DNA of 64,000 nt from the NCBI GenBank assembly GCA_041666845.1, contig JBAYGC010000007.1, positions 6,080 to 70,079 on the forward strand, read 5' to 3'. The stretch is from Patescibacteria group bacterium. GTDB lineage: Bacteria; Patescibacteriota; Patescibacteriia; UM-FILTER-42-10. The translations under genes and the position numbers were made by a program. Positions 1 through 9,027 of the stretch are shown here, piece by piece. How positions within the stretch are numbered: the first letter of the stretch is position 1; every line of letters begins with the position of its first letter. The notes beneath the pieces are model-generated. The model did no database searches and had not been told where the DNA came from. It saw only the letters and a list, made by a program, of their open reading frames with translations.

Positions 1-19
1 AAATGAATCACCACATTAA

Positions 20-787
20 TCAGTATTTACTCACTATTTTCAGCAGATTACTGTGTACCCTTCCATTTGAAGCCAGCATATCTATTGATTTTAGACTCCA
101 CTCATTGCCCTTAAAATCCGTTACTTTCCCACCGGCTTCTCTGACCAATAATACCCCCGCTCCCACATCCCAAGAGTGCGCACCGGGAATGACGATTGTT
201 TCCGTCCGTCCGTCTGCGACAAACCCCAGTTCAATGGAAGCGGCCCCCAGTTGTCGGATATCCCGGCCATCATGTTTCAATCTGCCATAAATTGCGATTG
301 CTCTTTTTCTGTCTTCTGCTCTGTGCCCATGACAATAAGTCAGCATCGATTTCCCTACTGAACTCAAAGATGATACATGCAATTTCTTACCATTCAAATA
401 CGCGCCCCTACCTTTTTCCGCAACATATAATTCTTTCATATACGGCGCATGAACAACCCCCAACACCACCTCATCATTTTTAAATAGGGCGATTGAAACA
501 GCATATAACGGATTACCCATTGAATAGTTGGTCGTGCCATCCAAAGGATCAATTACCCAAAGATATTCAGACTTTCTTTTCTTGCCGCCACCTTCTTCGC
601 TCAATATACTATGGTCCGGAAAATTTTGCCTGATATGATTTAAAATAATTTTTTCAGCTCGATAATCTTCCGATGTTACTATCTCATGTTTATCCTTAAA
701 ATGGACATCTTTTGATTTGATGTTATGGAATCTTTTTAATAGTGATACCCCCGCTTCTCTAGCGGCTCTGATTGCTACCTGCTTCAT
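20..787 (-). CDS. suhB: Inositol monophosphatase family protein (SuhB-like)
   Basis: Motifs SEE, WVIDPLDGTTNY, RQLGAAS and WDVGAG. Confidence 0.85.
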   Translation of the reverse strand: MKQVAIRAAREAGVSLLKRFHNIKSKDVHFKDKHEIVTSEDYRAEKIILNHIRQNFPDHSILSEEGGGKKRKSEYLWVIDPLDGTTNYSMGNPLYAVSIALFKNDEVVLGVVHAPYMKELYVAEKGRGAYLNGKKLHVSSLSSVGKSMLTYCHGHRAEDRKRAIAIYGRLKHDGRDIRQLGAASIELGFVADGRTETIVIPGAHSWDVGAGVLLVREAGGKVTDFKGNEWSLKSIDMLASNGRVHSNLLKIVSKY

Positions 788-825
788 ATAATTGTTTCAA
801 GTACTATTTAAAAATAAATGCCTGT

Positions 826-1338
826 CTAGTCACCAATTATCTCCTCGACAAATTGAATCTGATCTTCAATTGGTTGACCCATCTGAAGATAGTGATAATC
901 CAGTCCGATACCATCAAGCGCAGTTTCGTGAACTTCCGGAAAATTGCGTTCAAATTTCTTCAACAAAGCTTCCTTGTCAATTACTCTTTCCCTCTTTTCT
1001 TCCCTGGCCAGACACTCTTCCTTTGATAATAGGCAGAGAAAAATATTCAAATTCGCGCTGTCTGTAATCATCTTTAGCTGCTCGGTATTGAAATCATGAT
1101 GATTCGTCCCCAGCTCAAGAATTATATTACCCTCACGGTTTTTCAGATCTTGATACATATCCGTATATGCAGTAATTGTATATTTCTCGCTGATTAATGT
1201 TCCGTCAGGACGTTTATATTTTTTAATATACTCATAAACATCATGTAGCCTATAATCAGGATGTTTGGCTATAAAAGCCGTGGCAAATGTCGTTTTACCC
1301 GCCCCCGGATAACCAATTAATACGATTATATTGTTCAT
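826..1338 (-). CDS. P-loop nucleotide kinase-like protein
   Basis: N-terminal Walker A GYPGAGKTT; 170 aa; overlaps the stop of the upstream gene. Confidence 0.7.
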   Translation of the reverse strand: MNNIIVLIGYPGAGKTTFATAFIAKHPDYRLHDVYEYIKKYKRPDGTLISEKYTITAYTDMYQDLKNREGNIILELGTNHHDFNTEQLKMITDSANLNIFLCLLSKEECLAREEKRERVIDKEALLKKFERNFPEVHETALDGIGLDYHYLQMGQPIEDQIQFVEEIIGD

Positions 1339-2087
1339 ATTTTAATCTTCATTAAATCTTCTCCAAGTATTAATTTGCCTTTATAGAATTTTTTGACATC
1401 TTTCTTATTGTTTCGCTTATCAGCAGCGGGGTAGAAATGTGTTAATACTAGTTTTTTCACCATCGCCTCTTGTGCAACCATTCCAGCCTGCCCTGGAGTG
1501 GGATGCACTTCCTGAGCACCATATCTTTTTGATAATCCTACGGAATGCAATAACACATCTGCTTTAGAAGCTAGCTCAACGGATTTTTTACAGTATTTTG
1601 AATCCGAGGTGAAAACAAATGTTTTTCCTTTTTCAGATATCCTATACCCAATTATTTCCCCTATGTGCTTTAAAGAATTTGATTTAACCCTAGTACCAAA
1701 TAAATTAAACTCTCTTTTATTAATAGTTTTTACTTCCATTGGTATATTTATATTCCACTGAGCAACGATTTTCTTTACACCACTTGGTCCATAGATTTTG
1801 ATCTTTTTAACTTTCTTTTTTGGATATTCTCCAAATTCAGGATAAGCTATTTGATGTTTTAGCTCATTTAGGATAACCGGCAGATCTAGATAATGATCTT
1901 TATGAAAATGAGTATACAAGATTGCATCAATATCCAATATATGTTTCCCCGCTCTCAATAATTGTCGAGCGCAACCTGCTCCAGTGTCAATGAGGATATT
2001 CTTGCCAGAAACTTCTAAAAGGTAAGCGGGGGCACTTCTTTTGATAGATACTCGATTTGTACCAGATCCTAATATCGTGAGTTTCAT
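1335..2087 (-). CDS. Metallo-beta-lactamase fold hydrolase, RNase Z-like
   Basis: MKLTILGSG, LIDTGAG, THFHKDH, FTSDS, LVLTHFYP. Confidence 0.8.
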   Translation of the reverse strand: MKLTILGSGTNRVSIKRSAPAYLLEVSGKNILIDTGAGCARQLLRAGKHILDIDAILYTHFHKDHYLDLPVILNELKHQIAYPEFGEYPKKKVKKIKIYGPSGVKKIVAQWNINIPMEVKTINKREFNLFGTRVKSNSLKHIGEIIGYRISEKGKTFVFTSDSKYCKKSVELASKADVLLHSVGLSKRYGAQEVHPTPGQAGMVAQEAMVKKLVLTHFYPAADKRNNKKDVKKFYKGKLILGEDLMKIKI

Positions 2088-2161
2088 AATGTTGAGTAAA
2101 ATCTTATTATTATATGGACAATTCTTATTTTAACACATTTTCAATAAAAAATTAAAAACGC

Positions 2162-2190
2162 TTGACAAATATACGGCGGTATTATATCTT
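2162..2190 (+). promoter_or_regulatory. Sigma70-type promoter of GC-rich cassette 1
   Basis: TTGACA (2162-2167), 17 bp, TATCTT (2185-2190). Confidence 0.7.
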
Positions 2191-2330
2191 TACTTAATTA
2201 AAGTGCTTTATTACGATAAAGTACCAATCGATCTTTAACAAGTAAATCATGCGGAATATCCCTCTCCCCAGAAATGCAAACGACTGTTGCGCAATTCGCG
2301 ACTTCCAACCCGAGACAGGGAGGTGCTATC

Positions 2331-2573
2331 ATGGCGATTGACCCGACCAGCATTATCACAGCTCTCAACAACCTGAGCGGAGTCACCAACATTTCGGAAA
2401 ACGGCAGTTTGACCGTCCGGATCCCCGACGACAGTGGAAACACGGTGCACGTTGCCGTGGACCGCTTTACCGGCATTTGCACCTCGGCTGGGCAGGTAGT
2501 TGGAACATTTTCCACTAGCGACATCAGCTGGGCGCTCCCCAGTTCAATCTTCCCCCACAGCCAGAAACAGTGA
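2331..2573 (+). CDS. GC-rich orphan protein, 80 aa (paralog of 2658-2927)
   Basis: SD GGGAGGTG at 2318-2325 points to ATG 2331 rather than the ORF-track start 2274; aligns with the downstream ORF. Confidence 0.7.
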   Translation: MAIDPTSIITALNNLSGVTNISENGSLTVRIPDDSGNTVHVAVDRFTGICTSAGQVVGTFSTSDISWALPSSIFPHSQKQ

Positions 2574-2657
2574 GCTGTTCCCCACCAACGCTCTCCTCAT
2601 CTGAAGTGACGACAATGTAGCGCCTTTACGAGGGCGCGCAACAAAGGAGGGTGAACC

Positions 2658-2927
2658 ATGGACAGGCAGTTCGTTATCACCGAGATCTGCAAACACATTC
2701 GGTCCCATCGGGACCGGAGGCTCGGTGCGTGCATCGACATCATTATCCCCTGGGGTAACAGTTGCCAGCTTTCCGTCCGCGTCGAGCGGGTGACCGGCAA
2801 GTGCATCAATTTGCACACCGATATGGAGATGCTGACCATTGACCCCCAGATCCTCGACGCGGCGTTTGCCGGGAAAGCGGTGGCTGAGCAGACCGACGGA
2901 CCACAATCCATGGGAGCTTACGCATGA
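2658..2927 (+). CDS. GC-rich orphan protein, 89 aa (paralog of 2331-2573)
   Basis: SD AAGGAGG at 2644-2650; shared motif IP-x8-VxV[DE]RxTGxC. Confidence 0.75.
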   Translation: MDRQFVITEICKHIRSHRDRRLGACIDIIIPWGNSCQLSVRVERVTGKCINLHTDMEMLTIDPQILDAAFAGKAVAEQTDGPQSMGAYA

Positions 2928-2961
2928 TTTGCAGATCGTTCGCCCTCACCGGGCGAAACAC

Positions 2962-3017
2962 AAAAAGGCGACCAACACCTTAAGATTGCAACATCTTCAG
3001 CGGTCGCCTCGTTTTTT
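2962..3017. terminator. Probable bidirectional terminator overlapping the folC 3' end
   Basis: A5, AGGCGACC...GGTCGCCT stem, then T6; a second hairpin TTCGCCC/GGGCGAA lies at 2939-2957. Confidence 0.55.
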
Positions 3018-4316
3018 ATCCCTTAGAATTTCACCAATGGTGTATAGTGAGCCGGTAATAATTACTGCTCCGTCTTTCCCAGCCAATTTCTTCGCCTTAA
3101 CAATGCCACCATCTAATGAAGTCGTAATTATCCCTCTTGGATAATATTTTTTTAATTTTGATGCATGATAAAAATCCTTAAGATCATCAATTTTCGTTAC
3201 ATCGGGGAAAACTATTTTTTGAGAAAAAGCGGAAAGCGTGCGCAGTATTTCCGGCACTTGTTTTTTGGTATTTTTAATGCTGACGACAAAAACTGTATTG
3301 CCTGATTTTATTTTTACATCCCTTAATGCTTTTATGAGTGCTCTGATGCTGAATAAATTATGCGCACCGTCTAGAATAACTAGCGGATTTCTGTACCAGA
3401 TCTGGAATCTTGCTTCGTGTGCGGTGTTTGCAGATGCTTTAACAATTGCCTTTGACGGTATTTCAAACCCTTGGTCGCGCAATTGCAGAGCCGTCGCTAA
3501 TGCGCAGGCAAAGTTTTCCGCCTGATGTCTGCCAATCAGGGAGAGTCTCAGATTACGATATGTTTCACCCTGATAGTTGAGATCAATATAGGTTCCGGTC
3601 AAATCGACTTTATTGACTGAATATTTCAGGTCTTGATTAATATTGACTAATGAGGCTTTTTTAGCTTTCACTCTTTTTTTTACCACCTTCAATGCATTGC
3701 CTTTCACTGCTGTCACAACCTGGTCATTTGCTTGAATAATTCCGGCTTTTTCACCTGCTATTTTAGTAATCGTATTGCCGAGCGATTTAGTATGATCAAA
3801 ACTGATATTGGTAATGATTTTATTTTTCAAATTTACCGCAGTTGTGGCATCCAACCTCCCGCCCATACCAACCTCGATAACGACTACATCCGTTTTTTCT
3901 TCAGCAAAATACTGCACCGCAAGCGCAGTTGTAAATTCAAAAAAAGTAACATGGTCTCCACGTTTGCCGATTTCTTTCAATATTGGAATCATTCTATCAC
4001 CAATTTTTTTTACTCTTTGCAGTGAAATCGGCCTACCGTCGATCAAAATCCTTTCACTGGGCGATACTAAATACGGAGAATAGAATGATCCCGTTTTATA
4101 ACCGGCTTCTCTCAGGATTCTTTCTAGGAATGCCACCGTGGAACCTTTCCCCTTAGTACCGGCCACCTGCACGCCGACCAGTTTTTTTTCCGGACTACCC
4201 ATTTTCTTGAGTAGTGCTTTCACCCGGTGTAGTTGCAAAAAATCCCTACTGACAAAACGCGGGTCGTAAGGTTTCAGATATTCTTGGTACTGATTGAATA
4301 TTTCTTTTGCGCGCAC
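2997..4316 (-). CDS. folC: Folylpolyglutamate synthase/dihydrofolate synthase
   Basis: VAGTKGKGST, TFFEFTT, EVGMGGRLDAT, EKAGII, LDGAHN, TGSLY. Confidence 0.93.
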   Translation of the reverse strand: MRAKEIFNQYQEYLKPYDPRFVSRDFLQLHRVKALLKKMGSPEKKLVGVQVAGTKGKGSTVAFLERILREAGYKTGSFYSPYLVSPSERILIDGRPISLQRVKKIGDRMIPILKEIGKRGDHVTFFEFTTALAVQYFAEEKTDVVVIEVGMGGRLDATTAVNLKNKIITNISFDHTKSLGNTITKIAGEKAGIIQANDQVVTAVKGNALKVVKKRVKAKKASLVNINQDLKYSVNKVDLTGTYIDLNYQGETYRNLRLSLIGRHQAENFACALATALQLRDQGFEIPSKAIVKASANTAHEARFQIWYRNPLVILDGAHNLFSIRALIKALRDVKIKSGNTVFVVSIKNTKKQVPEILRTLSAFSQKIVFPDVTKIDDLKDFYHASKLKKYYPRGIITTSLDGGIVKAKKLAGKDGAVIITGSLYTIGEILRDKKRGDR

Positions 4317-5146
4317 TACTTTTTTCTCAATTTCTTTAATAATTTAATATCACTCCCCCTATCTTCTGCTGGGGTCTCTAGAATAAAGTCCACATTTTTT
4401 AATTTCGGGTGATTAATTAAAACTGCAAATCCTTTTTCACCGATTTCTCCTTTTCCAATATGTTCGTGCCGATCAACTTTGGCGTTTAATTCTACTTTAG
4501 AATCATTAGCATGAATTAATTGCAACAAATCAAGTCCGATAGCCTGATCAAATTTCTTGAGTGTTTCATCAACATCTTTTTTTGTCCGCAAATCATAACC
4601 AGAAGCAAAAGCATGAGCCGTATCAAAACAGACGGCTACTTTTTTGTGATCCACTTTTTTTATTATTTCACCGATCTCTTCAAAACTGTCACCAATAATA
4701 TTGCCCGATCCCGCAGCAATCTCCAGTAGGAAAGTTGCGTCACCTTTGTAGCCAATCAGCAATTGTTTGATTCCATCAATAACCATCCGCAGTGCTTTGG
4801 CACGAGTAAAATCCTTGGAAGACCCCAAGTGAGTCATTACCGCCGCCACTCCTAATTGGGAGGCGCGATCCAGTTCTTCCCGGATAATACTGATCGAACC
4901 GTTCCGCACCCGGTCCTGTTTTGAAGCAAGATTAATATAGTAAGGGGTATGGATATATGCATTGCCCAATCCGCTATCTTTGATATTCTGCTGAAATTTT
5001 TTTACAATCTCATCATTAATTTCCGGCGCTTTACCACCACGCGGTGAACGTGAAAACATTTGAAAACATTCACACCCTTCTGCTTTAGCATTCAGCGGTG
5101 CGTTTTCCAGACCTCCGGCTATTGATACGTGAGCTCCAATATTCAT
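4316..5146 (-). CDS. nfo: Endonuclease IV
   Basis: IGAHVSIAGG, HTPYYINLAS, CFDTAHAFASGYD, HANDSK, DRHEHIG, ILETP. Confidence 0.95.
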   Translation of the reverse strand: MNIGAHVSIAGGLENAPLNAKAEGCECFQMFSRSPRGGKAPEINDEIVKKFQQNIKDSGLGNAYIHTPYYINLASKQDRVRNGSISIIREELDRASQLGVAAVMTHLGSSKDFTRAKALRMVIDGIKQLLIGYKGDATFLLEIAAGSGNIIGDSFEEIGEIIKKVDHKKVAVCFDTAHAFASGYDLRTKKDVDETLKKFDQAIGLDLLQLIHANDSKVELNAKVDRHEHIGKGEIGEKGFAVLINHPKLKNVDFILETPAEDRGSDIKLLKKLRKK

Positions 5147-5174
5147 AGTGTAATTATAACAGATGCTGATAAAA

Positions 5175-5203
5175 TTGACATCGAATTATTTCATTGTTAT
5201 TAT
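5175..5203 (+). promoter_or_regulatory. Sigma70-type promoter of GC-rich cassette 2
   Basis: TTGACA (5175-5180), 17 bp, extended TGn-TATTAT (5198-5203). Confidence 0.75.
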
Positions 5204-5271
5204 GTCGGTTCTGGTTAGTGTAATCATCCCCTAACCAAGTCCGCTCATTTTAATGGTGGAAGGAGCCAGTC

Positions 5272-5679
5272 GTGGCCAACGATAGAGAGAAACGACACGC
5301 CTTTGAATTCCTTGTACACTGCCTCATCGGGGACGTTGCGCATGCCAAGGTGTTGCATGCACTAATTGACGCCGGGTCAGTCTCTTATGAAGAGCTGGGG
5401 ATTACCCCGGATGACATGGCAGTATTCCAGGCCCTATCCTGTATTGCAGACCCCAAGGAGCGTGCCCTATCGGCACTCCGCGGTTGTCGTGAAGGCAAGG
5501 TCCTCGCCAACTTCGGCGTGATTCAGTATCTATTCCGTTCCCGCCAAGTCCAACTGGCCGACCTGCAAGAGGGCGACAACGGCATCCTCAAAGTCGGCTC
5601 CGATCTGAGTCATTTTCACAAAGCACACACAGCACACCTCACCAGAATTCTTCCCCAGGAAGACCCTGCGCAAGACTAG
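5272..5679 (+). CDS. GC-rich orphan protein with an internal tandem repeat, 135 aa
   Basis: SD AAGGAG at 5260-5265, GTG start, own promoter and terminator. Confidence 0.75.
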   Translation: MANDREKRHAFEFLVHCLIGDVAHAKVLHALIDAGSVSYEELGITPDDMAVFQALSCIADPKERALSALRGCREGKVLANFGVIQYLFRSRQVQLADLQEGDNGILKVGSDLSHFHKAHTAHLTRILPQEDPAQD

Positions 5680-5696
5680 TTTCTTGCGTTTTTTTT
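5669..5696 (+). terminator. Intrinsic terminator
   Basis: CGCAAGA-6 nt-TCTTGCG followed by T8. Confidence 0.85.
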
Positions 5697-5721
5697 ATTC
5701 TTTATGATTTCAACCAATATT

Positions 5722-5750
5722 TTGACATATTTGTTTCATCATGATATGTT
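5722..5750 (+). promoter_or_regulatory. Sigma70-type promoter of GC-rich cassette 3
   Basis: TTGACA (5722-5727), 17 bp, TGn-TATGTT (5745-5750). Confidence 0.7.
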
Positions 5751-5805
5751 TTGCCAACCGCTGTTCGCTGGGGAACGGGGTAACTAACATCTGTAGGAGA
5801 CACTC

Positions 5806-6042
5806 TTGTTCTCGAAGCGCAGAATCAGAAAGTTTGTACGGCGGATTATCGCCTCAGCAGTTGGAGTAGGCATCGGGCTGATTCCGGCATGGTTTCTGCT
5901 CTATGACCTGCATACTGCCAAGAGTGGTGTGCTCTACTTCGCTCGCTGGTTGTGGCTCATTCTCACTGTACAGTTCTTTCTACTCATTCTAGTTTTCGCC
6001 TGGGTCTGGGCGGTCTGGACCAACCGGATCTATGACCTCTAA
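5806..6042 (+). CDS. Small orphan membrane protein (2 predicted TM helices)
   Basis: SD AGGAG at 5795-5799, TTG start; basic N-terminus followed by two hydrophobic stretches. Confidence 0.65.
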   Translation: MFSKRRIRKFVRRIIASAVGVGIGLIPAWFLLYDLHTAKSGVLYFARWLWLILTVQFFLLILVFAWVWAVWTNRIYDL

Positions 6043-6068
6043 CGCAAGTTGAACACTTGCGTCTTTTT
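6042..6068 (+). terminator. Intrinsic terminator
   Basis: ACGCAAGT-5 nt-ACTTGCGT followed by CTTTTT. Confidence 0.8.
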
Positions 6069-6120
6069 ATTAAACTAAACAAAAACCACCCTATTAACTG
6101 CAGTAAGGGTGGTTTCTAAA

Positions 6121-7413
6121 TTACTCTTGAGTTGCCATTTTATAAAGCATATCAATCACCTTTTGATTGACCATCACATTTTTGACAAAGCTGTGATAAT
6201 CGGGAGAGTCCAGCTGTTTTAACATTTCATCATTACCCTGTTGTTCATACATCTTTTTGCTTTTGTCTATTTCTGTATGAATCTCCGCTTCTGTCGCTTC
6301 AATCTTATCCAGTTCAGCAACCTTGCGGATCAGTAATGCTGTCCTCACCCGCTTCTCCGCCCGCGGTTCAAACGACGTTCTTAATTCTGCTTCAGTTTTT
6401 TTGATACTCTGGAGATAGTCTTCGTATTTCAAACCTTGATTCTCAAAATCATGTCGAAGTTCATGAATCATTTTGTCTATTTCGGACGCGACCAGATCTT
6501 CCGGAAACTCACCGAATTTACTCTTATCTGCGATTGATTCCAGCATTTCCAGTTCTACCCGCTGGCGTTCTTTATTTTCCAATTCCTGAAGCAAGTTTTT
6601 ACTGATCTGATCCTCCAAATCTTTGATCGATTTGAACGGGCCGAATGATTTGGCAAACTCATCATTAGCTTCCGGTTTTTCAATCTTAAAAACGCCGTTC
6701 ACCTTAATCCGGAACTCGGCCGGTTTGCCCGCCAGGTTTTTCTGGAAATATTCCTTCGGAAACTTCAGCTCAAATTCTTTGGTTTCTCCTTTTTTCATCC
6801 CAATCAGATTATCCTCAAAACCGGGAATGAAGTTTCCTTCACCAATAATAATCGGCTGGTTTTTACCCTGCCCGCCTTCAATTGGAACTTTGTTTTGAAA
6901 CACCTCAATATCCACTTCCGCTTTATCACCCTTCTGTACTTCACGATCAACAAGCGCTTCTTTACTGCGCATTTTTCTCAAATCATCGACTGCTTTTGTC
7001 AGCTCTTTCGGGTCCACTGTCACTTTTTTCTTTTTTACTTTTACTGATTTGTAGTCTCCGATCTCTACAGTCGGCAGCAGTGACACAGTAGCTTTATAAA
7101 TAAAAGGGTTCCCCAAAGCCTGCTTGATTATATCAATCTTGGGCGTTGATATGATAATTATTTTTTCCTGTTCGATAGCCTCGCCGATACTCATCTGGAT
7201 CGCCAGATCACAGGCCTCGGCCATAATCTGTTCCGCACCGACTTTTTTTATCACTACATCGTCCGGCACCTTGCCCGGTCGGAATCCGTCAATTCGAATC
7301 CCGGCACCGACTTTTTTAGTTGCCGTTTGGTAATATTTCTCTAATTCTTCTGCCGGAAGCTCAATTGTCAGCTCTAATTGGCCCTTTGGCAGCTGGTTCT
7401 TGGTTACTTGCAT
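6121..7413 (-). CDS. tig: Trigger factor
   Basis: GFRPGKVP ribosome-binding motif; FKBP domain FIPGFEDNLIGMK. Confidence 0.96.
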   Translation of the reverse strand: MQVTKNQLPKGQLELTIELPAEELEKYYQTATKKVGAGIRIDGFRPGKVPDDVVIKKVGAEQIMAEACDLAIQMSIGEAIEQEKIIIISTPKIDIIKQALGNPFIYKATVSLLPTVEIGDYKSVKVKKKKVTVDPKELTKAVDDLRKMRSKEALVDREVQKGDKAEVDIEVFQNKVPIEGGQGKNQPIIIGEGNFIPGFEDNLIGMKKGETKEFELKFPKEYFQKNLAGKPAEFRIKVNGVFKIEKPEANDEFAKSFGPFKSIKDLEDQISKNLLQELENKERQRVELEMLESIADKSKFGEFPEDLVASEIDKMIHELRHDFENQGLKYEDYLQSIKKTEAELRTSFEPRAEKRVRTALLIRKVAELDKIEATEAEIHTEIDKSKKMYEQQGNDEMLKQLDSPDYHSFVKNVMVNQKVIDMLYKMATQE

Positions 7414-7494
7414 AAAAAAAATCCTTTATTCTTTAAGGAAGTTAAGTAAGGGCATTATAGCGGATTAGCGTTTTTTTGCAAGCATACATGACCT

Positions 7495-7522
7495 GGGGTG
7501 GGGACTAATCAGTCCCCACCCC
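7495..7522. repeat. Perfect 12-bp GC-rich inverted repeat
   Basis: GGGGTGGGGACT-AATC-AGTCCCCACCCC; no U-tract on either side. Confidence 0.75.
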
Positions 7523-7537
7523 GCGCATCAATTAATT

Positions 7538-8995
7538 CTAGTTTTTCGGCCGATTATCAACCATTCTCTTTTCTTTGAGCTCAGTCTCCATCCCCAACTG
7601 ATCCAGTAAAGACTTAAGGTCTCTTTTCTCAGTCAGAACCTGAATAAACATGTCGCTGTGTATCTTTTTCTTTATTTCCTCTGATAATGCTTCATACGAA
7701 ACCCCTTCTTTAGGACAAAGATAAACAACAATCTCGTCAATTTCATATGGATCGTTATTTTTCTTCCGGATTTCCACTTGCCATTCTTCAATCTCTTTCA
7801 CACCAGATAATAGAGGATAAAAATTATTCAGATTAACGAGTTCCCCCTTCACCTTAGTAAGATGAAATTCTTTTACATCTGAAGAACGCTGGATATCCAT
7901 TTTAATTCTTGGGACGGTCTTACCGCAAAAGGCACATTGTCCGTATTCAATACCCTGGACCATATCACCGGTTTTATAACGAAGTACCAGTGAGCCTCTC
8001 CAATCCAAGGCGGTATAAACCAATTCGCCGGGCTGACCTTCTTCAACCCGCTTGCCTTCTTTATCAACCACTTCAAAAAATTCCAGATCCGGATAGGTAT
8101 GATAACCGGAATCTTCTGCACATTGGATCCAGGCAGTTTTACCTTCAGTTAAAGCATAAGTTGCAAAGATCTGTACGTCTTTCGCTCCTACTTGTGTTAA
8201 CAACTCTTTGACTTTAACGCGGAGTCCGGGACTAACACGCTCTCCTCCGAAAATAATATATTTTAAGTTAGAGAAATCTCTTTTTTGCTTAACCGCTTCA
8301 CGAAGTAGGTGATAACTGTATCCCGGAATAAATGCCACTAAGCCAGCCTTCATATTTTGAATCGCATCCATTATTTTCTGCGTCCCCATCACTTTACCAC
8401 CGCCGGTGGCCAGTGATGTCATCCCGATCGTGGTAAAACCATAATAAGCCAACCAAAAAGCCAGATGCGGTGAATATGGGAAAGCGTTGATAGCCACATT
8501 ATCCGGACTGACATTAATCACGTCAATCAGGCGGTTAGCTGATTCCTTCAAATAGCTTATATCCCTTTCCGAATAACCAAAAGGCGTCGGTAGCGCCGTG
8601 CGACCGGTTGTAAAATGCAAATGAATCGGCTTATACTCTCTAGCTAATTCTCTTTTAACGTCTTTACCAGTAATTTTACCCCATACTATTTTCAGCAATG
8701 TTCCTTTGGACGCATACTTTTTTATCATATGCTCATCCGGTTGCAACATAAACTGCTTTGGTCTACCCCTATCATCCGCAGTTGGCGCTAAATCTTCCTT
8801 AGATGTGAAGGGCAATTTCTGCAAATCATCTGTTGTCTGTATATCATCAAAACTTAAATTATTCTTTTTCAATAATTCCCGATAATACGGATGATACGGT
8901 ATCTGGTACTTTATTAGCGCACGAAGCTTTTTATTTTGGATCTTTTTTTGCTCCTCTCGTGAACTATGGGCAAGTTTTTTCCAGTTTTCGTACAT
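7538..8995 (-). CDS. Phenylacetate-CoA ligase-like (PaaK family) adenylate-forming enzyme
   Basis: LQKLPFTSKEDL, FTTGRT loop, GGE, YALTE, RYKTGD. Confidence 0.75.
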   Translation of the reverse strand: MYENWKKLAHSSREEQKKIQNKKLRALIKYQIPYHPYYRELLKKNNLSFDDIQTTDDLQKLPFTSKEDLAPTADDRGRPKQFMLQPDEHMIKKYASKGTLLKIVWGKITGKDVKRELAREYKPIHLHFTTGRTALPTPFGYSERDISYLKESANRLIDVINVSPDNVAINAFPYSPHLAFWLAYYGFTTIGMTSLATGGGKVMGTQKIMDAIQNMKAGLVAFIPGYSYHLLREAVKQKRDFSNLKYIIFGGERVSPGLRVKVKELLTQVGAKDVQIFATYALTEGKTAWIQCAEDSGYHTYPDLEFFEVVDKEGKRVEEGQPGELVYTALDWRGSLVLRYKTGDMVQGIEYGQCAFCGKTVPRIKMDIQRSSDVKEFHLTKVKGELVNLNNFYPLLSGVKEIEEWQVEIRKKNNDPYEIDEIVVYLCPKEGVSYEALSEEIKKKIHSDMFIQVLTEKRDLKSLLDQLGMETELKEKRMVDNRPKN

Positions 8996-9027
8996 ATTAT
9001 ATTATAGAATGGTTAAATATTCTTAAG

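Noticed and set aside
2198-2911. Minus-strand ORFs 2198-2524, 2544-2906 and 2597-2911
   Set aside because: Antisense shadows in GC-rich DNA; promoter, SD sites and terminator all support the plus-strand genes.
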